Positions 33,996-49,988 of a stretch of 64,000 nt of DNA are shown piece after piece. A program made the translations under genes and the position numbers. Each line of letters starts with the position of its first letter. The first letter of the stretch is position 1. Source of the DNA: an uncultured Pseudomonadota bacterium (lineage in GTDB: Bacteria > Myxococcota_A > Polyangia > Fen-1088); assembly GCA_963847705.1 (NCBI GenBank), contig CAWKBC010000032.1:96001-160000 (forward strand), in the 5' to 3' direction. The notes under the pieces are model-generated. The model had not been told where the DNA came from, searched no databases, and saw only the letters and a list, made by a program, of their open reading frames with translations.

Positions 33996-34978
33996 GCGCG
34001 CGCCGCGTAGAGACCGAGCCGTTCGCGCACACGCTTCATCGTCTCGGCGGCCACCTGGCGCGCCTCGGCCGCGCCGCGCGCCAGGATCGCCTCGACCCGC
34101 GCCGGATCGGCCCGCAGGGCGTCGGCGCGCGCGCGAATCTGCGCCAGCTCGGTCTTGACCCCTTCGAACAGCATCTTCTTGCAATCGATGCAGCCGATGC
34201 CGGCGGAGGTGCAGCCGGCGTGCACGGCCGCCTGCTGCGCCTGGTCGGAGAAGAACTTGTGCAGCGTGAAGATGTTGCACTTCTCCGGCGTCCCCGGATC
34301 GGTCCGCTTGACCCGCGCCGGATCGGTGGCGGCCGCGCGGAGCTTGTCCCAGATCACCTTCTCGGGCTCGGCGAGCGAGATGGTGTTGCCGAGGCTCTTC
34401 GACATCTTGGCCTGCCCGTCGAGGCCCAGGATCTTGGGTGTGCTCGAGAACAGCGGCTGCGGCTCGACGAACGTCTCGCCGAAGCGGGCGTTGAAGCGAC
34501 GGACGATCTCGCGCGCCAGCTCGAGGTGCTGGCGCTGGTCCTCACCGACGGGAACGCGCGTCGCGCCGTAGAGCAGGATGTCTGCGGTCTGCAGCACGGG
34601 ATAGGCCAGGAGACCGAGGTTGATGTTCTGCGGATGGTGCTGAGACTTGTCCTTGAACTGCGTCATCCGCTCGAGCTCGCCGAGCGGTGCCACCGACGAC
34701 AGGATCCAGCAGAGCTCGGCGTGCGCGGGGACCTCCGATTGGATGAACAGGGTCGCCTTGTCCGGATCGACGCCGCAGGCCAGGATGTCGATAGCCATCG
34801 CGCGCGCCCGACCCGGCATCTCGGCCGGTTCGTACGGCTGCGTGATGGCGTGGTAGTCGACGATGCAATAGAAGCAGCGGTACGACTCCTGGAGCGCCAC
34901 CCAGGTGCGGACCGCGCCGAGGTAATTGCCGAGGTGCAGCTCGCCCGAGGGCTGAATCCCGGAGAAAACGATCTCCAT
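33992..34978 (-). CDS. trpS: Tryptophanyl-tRNA synthetase
   Basis: SGIQPSGELHLGNY, YPVLQTADIL, VPVGEDQ.QH, KMSKS. Confidence 0.97.
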   Translation of the reverse strand: MEIVFSGIQPSGELHLGNYLGAVRTWVALQESYRCFYCIVDYHAITQPYEPAEMPGRARAMAIDILACGVDPDKATLFIQSEVPAHAELCWILSSVAPLGELERMTQFKDKSQHHPQNINLGLLAYPVLQTADILLYGATRVPVGEDQRQHLELAREIVRRFNARFGETFVEPQPLFSSTPKILGLDGQAKMSKSLGNTISLAEPEKVIWDKLRAAATDPARVKRTDPGTPEKCNIFTLHKFFSDQAQQAAVHAGCTSAGIGCIDCKKMLFEGVKTELAQIRARADALRADPARVEAILARGAAEARQVAAETMKRVRERLGLYAARA

Positions 34979-35123
34979 GGTCCCGCGTTGTTTAGACGTC
35001 ACACCGCGCGGGGTCAAGAACATCCGGGCCCGCGTCGATGGGGGGGATCGGTCGGCCTCGCGCTTGCTTAAGAGAGGATCGCGGCTTAGGTAGAGTTCAG
35101 TAGGGCGAAAACCCAACAGGAGA

Positions 35124-35813
35124 ATGTCAATGAATCGAGGGATTTGGTTGGTCTGCAGTCTTGCGCTGGGCACCGCTGCGGCGGCGTCCGGCTGCTACAT
35201 GGGCCCGCAACCGCCCCCTCCGGCCTACGTGGAGCCGGCCCCCGCGCCGGTCGCGGCCGACGACGGCACAGTCTACCCGACCACCCCTCCCCCCGATCCG
35301 ATCCCCGAATACCAGCCCCCGGCGCCCGGGTACGGCTATTCCTGGGTCAACGGGTACTGGGACTGGACCGGGGCTGAATGGGCCTGGGACACCGGCTACT
35401 GGGCGCCCTCGGACCAGGCCTACCTCTTCATCGGCCCGCGCTTCCTGTTTGTCGGTGGCCGCCCGGTCTTCTACCGCCCCTACTGGCAGGGCCCCGGCGG
35501 CTATCGCGCCTACGGCTACGGATACCGCGGCCGGGCGCCCGTGGGCGCGTGGCGCGCGCGGCCTTCGGTGGCGCCGGGCGTCTGGCGTACCCAGCACAAC
35601 GAGGGATGGCGGCGCACCCCTGGCGCGACGGCCTGGCGCGGCGCACCGGCACGCGGGCCCGAGCCGATGCGGGGCGGCAACCCTGGATTCCGCGGTGCGC
35701 CTCCGGCCGCCCGGGCAGGGGCGCCCGGCTTTCACCCGGCGCCCGCCTTTCACCCCGCCCCTGCGGCCCGCTCGGCGCCCGCCCGCGGCGGCGGTGGCCG
35801 CGTGCACCACTAG
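35124..35813 (+). CDS. Lipoprotein with YXWGXW/WXXGXW repeats
   Basis: Lipobox ASGC, Pro-rich, GYSWVNGYWDW..WAWDTGYW, YRPYW. Confidence 0.75.
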   Translation: MSMNRGIWLVCSLALGTAAAASGCYMGPQPPPPAYVEPAPAPVAADDGTVYPTTPPPDPIPEYQPPAPGYGYSWVNGYWDWTGAEWAWDTGYWAPSDQAYLFIGPRFLFVGGRPVFYRPYWQGPGGYRAYGYGYRGRAPVGAWRARPSVAPGVWRTQHNEGWRRTPGATAWRGAPARGPEPMRGGNPGFRGAPPAARAGAPGFHPAPAFHPAPAARSAPARGGGGRVHH

Positions 35814-35824
35814 CGGCGGCGAGC

Positions 35825-35850
35825 AGCCCTCCGCGGAGGATGGGAGGGCT
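35825..35850. terminator. Hairpin between convergent genes
   Basis: AGCCCTCC-N10-GGAGGGCT; no clear U-tract. Confidence 0.3.
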
Positions 35851-35909
35851 TGGCCGCAACGCGGAGGTGAGCACGACGAACGGCGCCTCAGACGTAGGCA
35901 CCCGAAGGC

Positions 35910-37352
<1,443 letters not shown>

Positions 37353-37354
37353 GC

Positions 37355-37894
37355 TCAGAGCTCCTCGAACGTGCGCGAGCCGTTGGTGTAGATGCAGATG
37401 TCGCCGGCGATGGTCAGCGCCTGCTCGGCGATCTCCCGCGCCGACAGGGTGGTGGCGCCCAGAAGCGCGCGCGCCGCGGCCAGCGCGAAGGCGCCGCCCG
37501 ACCCGATCGCCGCCGCATCGCCGTCGGGCTCGATCACGTCGCCGGTCCCGGAAAGCATCAGCGTCTTGTGGTGGTCGGCCACCAGCAAGAGCGCCTCCAG
37601 CCGGCGCAGCACGCGATCGGTCCGCCAGTCCTTGGCCAGCTCCACGGCGGCGCGGGTGAGGTTTCCGCCGTACTCCTTGAGGCGGGCCTCGAACTTCTCG
37701 AACAGGGTGATGCCGTCGGCGGCGGAGCCGGCGAACCCGGCCACGATCCGTCCGTCGTGCAGACGCCGAATCTTGCGCGCCGACGACTTGACGACGGTGT
37801 TCCCCATCGTCACCTGACCGTCGCCGGCGAGAACGACGTGGCCACCGCGGCGGACGGCGAGAACGGTGGTCGATCGAATGCGGGGTCGTTTCAC
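37355..37894 (-). CDS. hslV: ATP-dependent protease peptidase subunit
   Basis: [34 protein letters not shown]. Confidence 0.97.
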   Translation of the reverse strand: MKRPRIRSTTVLAVRRGGHVVLAGDGQVTMGNTVVKSSARKIRRLHDGRIVAGFAGSAADGITLFEKFEARLKEYGGNLTRAAVELAKDWRTDRVLRRLEALLLVADHHKTLMLSGTGDVIEPDGDAAAIGSGGAFALAAARALLGATTLSAREIAEQALTIAGDICIYTNGSRTFEEL

Positions 37895-37904
37895 GGGCGG
37901 GGCC

Positions 37905-38837
37905 TCACTGTTTGTTTCTGGCGCGCGGGTGGCTCTTGTCGTAGACGGCCATCAGGTGGTCGATGTCGACGTGCGCGTAGCGCTGCGTGGTGCGGAGGCT
38001 GGCGTGGCCCAGCATCTCCTGGATGGCGCGCAGGTCGGCCCCCTCGCCCAGGAGGTGCGTCGCGAAGCTGTGGCGGAGCGCGTGCGGCGAGACGCGTGGC
38101 GTCCCCGAGGCGAGCTCGCGGCGGGCCAGCAACCGGCGCACGGCCCGTGGCCCGAGCCGCCGACCCCGCGCGCTCAAGAACAGCGCGTGACGATCCGCCG
38201 CCGGCGTGCCAGCCAGCCGATCGACGCGCCGCTGGAGATAGGCGTCGGTGGCCTGCTGCGCCTTGGATCCGATCGGCACGATGCGATCCTTGCGTCCCTT
38301 GCCCTGGCGCACGCGCACGATCGCGCCGGAGCCGTCCATTTCGACGTCACCCAGGTCGAGGTTGCAGGCCTCCGAGACCCGCAGGCCGGCGCCGTAGATC
38401 ACCTCGAAGAGCGCCAGCTCGAGGGCGCGCCCGCAGGCGTCGGCCCCGGCGTCGTCGGACCGCGGGCCGCCGTCGAGCAGGCGGCCGACGTCCTCCTTGC
38501 CCAGGAAGGACGGCAGCCGCTTGGCGCGCTTGGGCGCGCGCAGCGCCGCGACCGGGCTCGCCTTGCAGAAGCGGCGGCGCACGGCCAGCCGAAAGAACGC
38601 GCGCAGGGAAGAGAGCTTGCGACCGATCGTCACGGCGTCGTTCTTCCCATGGAGCGACGCAAGGTAGGAGCGGCACATGATGACGTCAAGCTCGTCGAGC
38701 GCCGGGGCGCGCCCCAGCGTCGCCACGGCATGTTCCCGGAACTCGCCGAGATCGTGCAGGTAGGCACGCACGGTGTGCTCGGAGGCCCGCTTCTCGGCGG
38801 TGAGGAATTGGCGAAACGCCGCCAGAGCTTGCTCCAT
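37905..38837 (-). CDS. xerC: Tyrosine recombinase XerC
   Basis: [48 protein letters not shown]; upstream of hslVU. Confidence 0.92.
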   Translation of the reverse strand: MEQALAAFRQFLTAEKRASEHTVRAYLHDLGEFREHAVATLGRAPALDELDVIMCRSYLASLHGKNDAVTIGRKLSSLRAFFRLAVRRRFCKASPVAALRAPKRAKRLPSFLGKEDVGRLLDGGPRSDDAGADACGRALELALFEVIYGAGLRVSEACNLDLGDVEMDGSGAIVRVRQGKGRKDRIVPIGSKAQQATDAYLQRRVDRLAGTPAADRHALFLSARGRRLGPRAVRRLLARRELASGTPRVSPHALRHSFATHLLGEGADLRAIQEMLGHASLRTTQRYAHVDIDHLMAVYDKSHPRARNKQ

Positions 38838-38907
38838 CGCCACGGATCGTAGCGCAGCGACCGGCAGCGTGCGAATCGGCAGATCAGATCGGATAGTCTC
38901 TGCGGGC

Positions 38908-39966
38908 GTGTCCGAGCCCGCCCCTGCCCCCTCTGCCGTCCCGTCTTCCGCCCCCTCTGCCGTCCCGTCTTCCGCTCCCTCTGCCGCCGGCTCCGCCGTC
39001 CCCCTCTGTTCGCTGTTCGGGCGTTGCGGCGGCTGCCAGCTGCAGAATCTGGCGTACGACGCGCAGCTGGCGCTCAAGACCGAGGGAATTCGTGCGCTCT
39101 TCCCCGAGGCCACCGTCGCCCCCTGCCTGCCCTCGCCGCGCCCTTACGGCTATCGTTCGAAGCTGACCCCGCACTTTCCGCGCCCGCGCGCCGATCGGCC
39201 GGTGGCGATCGGCTTCCTCCAAGTCGGCCTTCCGCGCCGGACGCTCGACGTCCCGACCTGCCCGATCGCCATGCCCGCGGTGAATGCGCGCCTCGCCGAG
39301 CTGCGCGCCGAGGTGCTCGGCCGCTGGGCCAGCTATCGCAAGGGCGCGACCCTGCTCGTGCGCGAGGCCGCCTCGGGCGTCACCGTCGATCCGCGCGCGG
39401 TGATCACCGAGGAGGTCGGCGAGCTGTCGCTGCAGTTTTTGGCCGGCGACTTCTTCCAGAACAACCCCTTCCTGCTGCCGCAGCTGGCCGCCCACGTCGC
39501 CGCCCAGGCGACGTCGGGCGGTGCCCGATTTCTCGTCGACGCATACTGCGGCAGCGGCCTCCTCGGCCTGGCGGCCGCGCCCGGCTTCGAGCGGGTGCTC
39601 GGCGTCGAGGTGAGCTCCAGCGCCGTCGGCTGGGCGCGCGCCAACGCCGCCCGCAACGGCCGCACCAACTGCGAGTTCCTGGCCGCCGACGCCGGCGCCG
39701 TCTTCGCCGCCGTCCCCTTCCCCGCCGCCGACACCGCGGTCATCGTCGATCCGCCGCGCAAGGGGTGCGGCGCTGATTTCTTGCGCCAGCTCGCCGCCTT
39801 CGCGCCGCGCACGATCGTCTACGTCTCGTGCAATCCCGAGACGCAGGCCCCCGATCTGGCGGTGCTGCGCGCGGCCGGCTACCGCTGTCTCGGGCTGCAG
39901 CCGTTCGACATGTTCCCCCAGACCCGCCACGTCGAGTGCGTGGCGACACTGGCGCGCGACGTCTGA
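38908..39966 (+). CDS. SAM-dependent RNA m5U methyltransferase (RlmD/RlmC/TrmA family) with Fe-S motif and no TRAM domain
   Basis: CSLFGRCGGCQLQ..CPI, FFQNN, DAYCGSG, VDPPRKG, YVSCNP, FDMFPQTRHVE; N-terminal PSAVPSSA 24-bp repeats. Confidence 0.88.
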   Translation: MSEPAPAPSAVPSSAPSAVPSSAPSAAGSAVPLCSLFGRCGGCQLQNLAYDAQLALKTEGIRALFPEATVAPCLPSPRPYGYRSKLTPHFPRPRADRPVAIGFLQVGLPRRTLDVPTCPIAMPAVNARLAELRAEVLGRWASYRKGATLLVREAASGVTVDPRAVITEEVGELSLQFLAGDFFQNNPFLLPQLAAHVAAQATSGGARFLVDAYCGSGLLGLAAAPGFERVLGVEVSSSAVGWARANAARNGRTNCEFLAADAGAVFAAVPFPAADTAVIVDPPRKGCGADFLRQLAAFAPRTIVYVSCNPETQAPDLAVLRAAGYRCLGLQPFDMFPQTRHVECVATLARDV

Positions 39967-40032
39967 ATCGGCGGCCTACGCCGCCCAGCGGCGGCACGTC
40001 GTCGGGCCGGGTTCGCCTTCGGCGACGCCCTC

Positions 40033-42649
<2,617 letters not shown>

Positions 42650-42660
<11 letters not shown>

Positions 42661-43570
42661 GCGTGACCCCTGTTCGTGTAAAGACGCCGCCGGGCCCCCT
42701 CAGGATCCATCCCCCCAGCTCAGCCTCGGACAAAAGCGCAAGCGCCGCGGGCAGCGACAAGCTCAAGCGGCGAGCGACCTCGACCGCCGGCGCACCTCCG
42801 GTCAGCGCATCGATCAAAGAGACCAGCGCCGGCGGAATGGGCGTGGGCGGCCGGGCTTCGCCGGCGAGCGCGGACAGCAGTTCGGCGGCATCGCAAACCG
42901 GGCGCGCCTTGCCGCTGGCGATCAACCCGTCCGTGCCGGGGCTCCCGGGAACGGCCAGGAGGGGTCGCCCCATGGCGATCGCCAGCCGGGCGGTCACCAG
43001 GGCGCCGGACCTCGCTTGCGCCTCGACCACCAGCACCGCCTCGGCCAGCGCCGCGACGATCCGATTGCGCGACGGGAACTGTGTCCCGCGCGGCGGCGTG
43101 CCTGGTGGAAACTCGGAGAGAAGGCCCCCGGAGGCGACAATCTCGCCGAACAGTCCCGCGTGGCGGTCCGGATAGACGACGTCGACGCCGCAGCCGAGCA
43201 CCGCGAAGGTCTGAGCCCCCGCCTCGAGCGCGCCCCGGTGCGCCGCCGCGTCGATCCCCAGCGCACCGCCCGAAACGATGGTGTGGCCGTGACCGGACAC
43301 CATCGCTGCCAGCTCCTGGGTGCGGCGACAACCGGCGCGGCTGGCCGCCCGCGCGCCGACGATCGCCAGCAGTTGTTGATGACGGGCCGGATCGGGGAGG
43401 CGCCCGCGATACCAGAGCGCCGCGACCGGTCGGGCGATCCGTCGCAAAACATCCGGGAAATCAGCGTGCGAGGCCGGCGCGAGAAGGACGTCCTGGGGGT
43501 CGGCGGGCAGGGACAACGACGGCTTTGTCGGCTGGTCGACGCCCCGGTTGTGCCTCAAAAGACCCGTCAT
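42650..43570 (-). CDS. dprA: DNA-processing protein DprA
   Basis: AIVGAR, VSGGALGIDAAAH, FPSRNRIVAAL, SGALVTA. Confidence 0.92.
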
Positions 43571-43581
43571 CGGAGCCGTTG

Positions 43582-43610
43582 CAGATAGCTCCGCTGGGCG
43601 GCGCGGTCAA
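43582..43610 (-). promoter_or_regulatory. Putative sigma70 promoter of dprA-topA
   Basis: Minus strand TTGACC-17 nt-TATCTG, 11 nt before ATG 43570. Confidence 0.45.
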
Positions 43611-43719
43611 GCAACGCGGACAGAGGACATGTAATTACGCATACTTACAGAGACCGTCGCCGCGAGCTCTGCCGGGGCGGCCCTATCGGACCCTCGAAAC
43701 GTCGACCCTGACCGGGCCT

Positions 43720-44649
43720 CTACCACCCCTCGAGCTCGCGCAAAATCGCCCCGGCGCCGCGGGCGATCAGGCGCCGGGCCACCTCGGCGCCGATGGCGCG
43801 CGCGTCGGCAGGCAGGCCGTCGACCGACTCATGGATCATCTCGGAGGCGTCGGGGCGGCCAACCAGACCCCGGAGCGTGAGGCGCTCCCCGGAGAGCGTG
43901 GCGTGCCCGGCGACCGGCGTCCGGCAGCCGACGCCGAGCCCGGCGAGGAGGGCGCGCTCCGCGGCGACCGTCACCTCGGCGGCGGCGTCCGAGAGCGCGC
44001 GGCACAGTTGCCTGACGCGCAGGTCGTCGGCGCGCGCCTCCAGCGCCAGCGCCCCCTGCCCGATCGCCGGCAGCATGCGCGCCGGATCGATCCGCTCGGC
44101 GATGCGATCGGAGAACCCCAGCCGGTCGAGACCGGCGGAGGCCAGCACCCCCGCGTCGACCACCCCCTCGGCGATCTTGCGCAGCCGGGTGTCGACGTTG
44201 CCGCGCAGGATGTCGATGGTCAGATCGCCGCGCACCGCGCGCAGCTGGCAGACGCGGCGCAGGCTGGAGGTGCCGACGCGGCTGCCGGCGGGGAGCGCGT
44301 CGAGGCCGACGCCCGAGCGGCTGACGATCGCGTCGCGCGGGTCGGCGCGCGTCGGGACGGCGACGATGGCCAGACCGGCGCGCAGCTCGGCGGGGACGTC
44401 CTTGAGGCTGTGCACCGCCACGTCGATCTCCCCCGCCGCCAGCGCCGCCTCGATCTCCTCCACCCAGGCCCCCTTCCCCTCGAGCAACACCGGCGGGCCC
44501 GACTGCGCCCGATCGCCGGCGGTGACGATGATCTTCTGGCGCACCTCGAGCGACGGGTGCGCGGCCCGCAGCAGCCGGTCGACCTCGTCCGCCTGCCAGC
44601 GCGCCAGCGCGCTGCCGCGCGTGCCGATGATCAGCGTCCCGTCGCTCAA
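43720..44649 (-). CDS. hemC: Hydroxymethylbilane synthase
   Basis: GTRGSALARWQA, AVHSLKDVP, GTSSLRR, RGNVDTRL, AIGQGAL. Confidence 0.97.
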   Translation of the reverse strand: MSDGTLIIGTRGSALARWQADEVDRLLRAAHPSLEVRQKIIVTAGDRAQSGPPVLLEGKGAWVEEIEAALAAGEIDVAVHSLKDVPAELRAGLAIVAVPTRADPRDAIVSRSGVGLDALPAGSRVGTSSLRRVCQLRAVRGDLTIDILRGNVDTRLRKIAEGVVDAGVLASAGLDRLGFSDRIAERIDPARMLPAIGQGALALEARADDLRVRQLCRALSDAAAEVTVAAERALLAGLGVGCRTPVAGHATLSGERLTLRGLVGRPDASEMIHESVDGLPADARAIGAEVARRLIARGAGAILRELEGW

Positions 44650-46010
44650 CGACCCGCCGCTTTCTTGTCCGGAACGTTTTCCACGGCCGCCGCGTCCGAC
44701 TGGTCGGCGTCCGCCTCGACGGGAGCCGCGGCGCCGATCTCCAGCGCGAACAGCCGCTGCACCGCCACCACCAGCGAGACGCCGTCGTCGGCGTCGTCGT
44801 TGCGCAGCGCCATCTGCGGGGCGTGAAGCAGCTTCTTGGCCAGCGACTCGGCCAGCTCCACGATGGCCCGCCGCTCGCGCTCACCGAGCCCGGGCATCCC
44901 CGCGACCGTGCGCGCCGCCTCGGCCTGGGCCAGGCCCAGCACGTGCGCGCGCAGCGCCGTCACCGTCGGGGCCAGCTGGCGGCCGCGCCAGGATTTCAAG
45001 AACCGGTCCAGCTCCTGGGCGACGATCGCCTCGGCGTCGGCCGCCTCGTTCTTGCGCTCGTCGCGGTGCTCGGCGGCGACCTTCTGCAGATCGTCGATGT
45101 CGGCCAGGTAGACGCCGTCGAGCTTTCCTGCCTCCGGCTCCACGTCGCGCGGCACCGCGATGTCGAGCAGGAAGAGCGGGCGGCCCCGACGGGCCCGCTG
45201 GACCTGGCGCAGCATCTCCACCGTCAACACGGGACGCTGGGCGCCAGTCGAGGCAATCACGATGTCGGCCAGGCCGAGGGCGGCGGGCAGCTCGCTCCAG
45301 TCGCTGACGGCGGCGCCGTAGCGCACGGCCATCTCGTCGGCGCGCGCGCGGGTCCGGTTGGTGACGGTCAGGGTGGCGCCGTGCGTGCGCAGCGTGCGCG
45401 CCGCCAGCTCGGACATCTTCCCTGCCCCGACCACCAGCACCTGACGCTTGTCGAAGCCGCCGAACACCTGGCGCACGAGCTCGATCGCCACCGAGCTGAC
45501 GGAGACCGGATTGCGCGCGATCGCCGTCTCGCGCCGGACGCGCCGCGCCACCCGGAACGCGCCCTGGAAGCAGGCGTTGAGGATGGCGCCCGCGCTGCCG
45601 TGGCGGCGGGCGCTCTCGTGCGCCTGCTTGGTCTGCCCCAGGATCTGCGGCTCGCCCAGCACCAGCGAATCGAGGCTGCTGGCGACGCGAAACAGGTGGG
45701 CGACCGCCTCGGCGTCGCGCCGTTCATAAAGATGCGCCCCCAGCTCGAGCGAGGTCACGCCGGCGCGGCGGGCCAGCGCCTCCCCCAACCCCTGCGCGGC
45801 GCGGTCGCCGTCCCTGTCGATGGCGGCGTAGACCTCCACCCGGTTGCAAGTCGACAACAGCGCCGCCTCCCGCACCGAAGGGAGCGCCGCCAGCTCGCCG
45901 AGCACGCTCTCCATCATCTCGGGCACGACCGCCAGCCGCTCGCGCACGCCCACCGGCGCCGTCTTGTGCGAGACGCCGAGAACGATGAGGTCGATCGTGG
46001 TGCCGCCCAT
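44646..46010 (-). CDS. hemA: Glutamyl-tRNA reductase
   Basis: GVSHKTAP, LSTCNRVE, SLDSLVLGEPQILGQ, GAGKM, DIAVPRD. Confidence 0.97.
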   Translation of the reverse strand: MGGTTIDLIVLGVSHKTAPVGVRERLAVVPEMMESVLGELAALPSVREAALLSTCNRVEVYAAIDRDGDRAAQGLGEALARRAGVTSLELGAHLYERRDAEAVAHLFRVASSLDSLVLGEPQILGQTKQAHESARRHGSAGAILNACFQGAFRVARRVRRETAIARNPVSVSSVAIELVRQVFGGFDKRQVLVVGAGKMSELAARTLRTHGATLTVTNRTRARADEMAVRYGAAVSDWSELPAALGLADIVIASTGAQRPVLTVEMLRQVQRARRGRPLFLLDIAVPRDVEPEAGKLDGVYLADIDDLQKVAAEHRDERKNEAADAEAIVAQELDRFLKSWRGRQLAPTVTALRAHVLGLAQAEAARTVAGMPGLGERERRAIVELAESLAKKLLHAPQMALRNDDADDGVSLVVAVQRLFALEIGAAAPVEADADQSDAAAVENVPDKKAAGR

Positions 46011-46013
46011 GGC

Positions 46014-46832
46014 TCAGGCCGCGTGGCGCAGGAAGTAAGCGAGCAACACCAGCATCGCGCCGCCGAAGCCGCCCAGCGTCAGCCAGGCCGCCCGGCGGCC
46101 GCGCCAGCCGGCACCGACCCGCGCGATCAAGAGGACGCCGAACGCGGCCCAGGTCGCCAGCGCGAAGATGTACTCGGGGCGCAGCGCGGCCGCCTGCCGC
46201 ACCAGGCCCAGCCGCGCCACCCAGATCGCCCCGGTCACGATGGCCACCGTGAACACCGGAAAGCCGATCGAGACGCAGCGGAGCGCCAGGCGGTCGAGCG
46301 TCTCGAGCGGCGTCCCCCGCCCCATCATCCGTTCGAACTGCTTGCGCTTGAGCTGCCGGTCCTCGAACAGATAGAGGAGCGCCAGCACGGCGGCCAGCGC
46401 GAACACCGCGACGCCGATGACCGCCAGCAGGATGTGCACCTGCCCGAGCGAGCTCATGTGCGGCGCGTCGGCCTCCGCGGGAACGACCCGGGCCAGGACC
46501 AGCAACGCCAGCGCCGCCGGGACGGCGAACGCGCCCGCGGCCGCCAGCCGGTAGCGGAGGGAGGCCAGGAAATATCCCGCCGCGATCAGGAAGGCCACCA
46601 GCGACATCGCCTCCGGCGTCGACGAGATGGGGTTCACGCCGTGGATGCAGCGGGCACCGATGTCGCAGAGGTGCAGCCCCACGCCGGCGGCCAGCACGGC
46701 GTGGGCGACCCCCACGGCGCGGGCGCGCTCCGCGATGGCGCCGCCACTCATGGAGCGCCCCAGCAAATAGCCGAGGTAGATGGTGGCCGCGAGCGCGTAG
46801 ACCCCGATCACCAGCGCCGTCAAGGTCGCCAC
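46014..46832 (-). CDS. CcsA/HemX-like cytochrome c assembly membrane protein
   Basis: Multiple TM helices, conserved His, QLKRK, LETLD, TGAIW, GWRGRRAA; upstream of hemA. Confidence 0.8.
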   Translation of the reverse strand: MATLTALVIGVYALAATIYLGYLLGRSMSGGAIAERARAVGVAHAVLAAGVGLHLCDIGARCIHGVNPISSTPEAMSLVAFLIAAGYFLASLRYRLAAAGAFAVPAALALLVLARVVPAEADAPHMSSLGQVHILLAVIGVAVFALAAVLALLYLFEDRQLKRKQFERMMGRGTPLETLDRLALRCVSIGFPVFTVAIVTGAIWVARLGLVRQAAALRPEYIFALATWAAFGVLLIARVGAGWRGRRAAWLTLGGFGGAMLVLLAYFLRHAA

Positions 46833-46931
46833 ACCCTAGATTTACCACGCGGGGCCGGCGACGGCGCGTTCAGGAGTCGGAGCCCCTCGTCACGCTTGGA
46901 CCGGACCGTCGGGCGTGCTAAGCCATGGCGC

Positions 46932-47261
46932 ATGGCAAGCGAGAACATCGTCGAGGTCACCGACTCGAACTTCCAAACCGAGATCCTGGCCTCCAAACTT
47001 CCCGTGCTGGTCGACTTCTGGGCGGTCTGGTGCTCCCCGTGCCGCGCCATCGCGCCGCACGTCGAGGCGCTGGCCAAGGAGTACGACGGCAAGGTCCGCG
47101 TCGGAAAGTGCGACATCGACTCGAACTCCGAGGTCGCCACCCAGTACGACATCCGCAGCATCCCGACGCTGCTGGTCTTCAAGGAGGGGAAGGTCGTCGG
47201 TCAGGTCGTCGGCGCCGTCCCCCGCGCGAAGATCGAAGACCTGATCAAAAAGGCGCTCTAA
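46932..47261 (+). CDS. trxA: Thioredoxin
   Basis: PVLVDFWAVWCSPCR, IRSIPTL, VGAVP. Confidence 0.95.
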   Translation: MASENIVEVTDSNFQTEILASKLPVLVDFWAVWCSPCRAIAPHVEALAKEYDGKVRVGKCDIDSNSEVATQYDIRSIPTLLVFKEGKVVGQVVGAVPRAKIEDLIKKAL

Positions 47262-47266
47262 CAAGT

Positions 47267-47378
47267 CGGGGACCTGAGAGGGTCCCCGTGCCCCCGCGAA
47301 GGACTCCACCGGGCCCTGGGTCCCCGCGCAGCTCCGCCTGCGCGGGGTGGATCAAAGCCCGGCTCCGTCCACGCGATC
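47267..47378. repeat. Diverged single member of the REP-like family between convergent trxA and GT2 genes
   Basis: CGGGGACC-TGAGAG-GGTCCCCG then CCCCCGCGAAG, second hairpin CCCCGCGCAG/CTGCGCGGGG, terminal ACGCGATC. Confidence 0.6.
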
Positions 47379-47384
47379 GTCGCT

Positions 47385-49028
<1,644 letters not shown>

Positions 49029-49120
49029 GGGGCCACTGTAGAGCGGCAATTGTCATCGAATTGTAATTCCTTGTGTTTCTTTGTGCGCAATGTAGGTGCG
49101 GCGGTTATTCTGATCGATAC

Positions 49121-49972
49121 GTGGCGGAAACAAGCGCGCCCAACGCAGAGGCGATCGGAGTCTGGAACGAGGTCCTGGTGCCGAAGTTCACCCGCTTCCG
49201 GAGGGTGCTGGCCGACGGCTTCTCCGTCCACAGCCAGCGCGCGTTGCAGATGCACCCCGTCCACGAGGGCGAGCGGGTGCTGGATGTCGGGTGCGGGTTC
49301 GGCGAGACGACGATCGAGCTGGCCCGCGCGACCGGAAGCGCGCTGGGGATCGACTGCTGCGAGCCGTTCCTGGCGGTCGGCCGCGCCGACGCCGCGCGCG
49401 CCGGCGTCGCGGGCGCCGCGTTCGAGCTGGCCGACGGACAGACGGTGAAGTTCGAGCAGCCGTTCGACGTCTGCTTCGCGCGCTTCGGGACCATGTTCTT
49501 CGTCAACCCGGCGGCGGCGATGGCGAACCTGCGCCGCGCGCTCCGGCCGGGCGGGCGCCTCCTGATGATCGTCTGGCGGCGGATCGAGGACAACTCCCCC
49601 TTCTGGACGGCCAAGCAGGTGGCGCGCAAGTATCTGCCGCCGCCAGCGGACGAGGCGCCGAGCTGCGGACCCGGCCCCTTTTCGATGGCCGATGCCGACA
49701 CGGTCGGCGCGGTCCTGAAGGCCGCCGGCTGGTCGGAGGTGGCGTTCGAAAGGGTCGACGCCGACATCTGGATCGGCGACACCGTCGACGACGCGCTCGC
49801 CTTTCAGCTGGCCATCGGCCCGACCGGCGAGATCGTGCGCGACGCGGGCGCGCTCGGGGAGGAGAAGCGCCCGGTCATCATCGAGGAGCTGAGCGGGACA
49901 CTGGCCCAGTTTCAGAGGCCGGGCGGCGTCTTCATGCCGACCAGCTCCTGGTGCGTGACCGCGCGGGCCTGA
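49121..49972 (+). CDS. Class I SAM-dependent methyltransferase
   Basis: VLDVGCGFG, ARFGTMFF, LRPGGRL, PGPFSMAD. Confidence 0.88.
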   Translation: MAETSAPNAEAIGVWNEVLVPKFTRFRRVLADGFSVHSQRALQMHPVHEGERVLDVGCGFGETTIELARATGSALGIDCCEPFLAVGRADAARAGVAGAAFELADGQTVKFEQPFDVCFARFGTMFFVNPAAAMANLRRALRPGGRLLMIVWRRIEDNSPFWTAKQVARKYLPPPADEAPSCGPGPFSMADADTVGAVLKAAGWSEVAFERVDADIWIGDTVDDALAFQLAIGPTGEIVRDAGALGEEKRPVIIEELSGTLAQFQRPGGVFMPTSSWCVTARA

Positions 49973-49988
49973 CCAAGCCGCCGGCGTC

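Noticed and set aside
37905-38837. Tyrosine recombinase as a prophage or island integrase
   Set aside because: Size, motifs and topA/hslVU context fit chromosomal XerC; no att sites or cargo seen
38925-38990. 24-bp PSAVPSSA tandem repeat, and the similar 24-bp repeat at 6476-6523
   Set aside because: Short slippage-type duplications in low-complexity regions with no evidence of function
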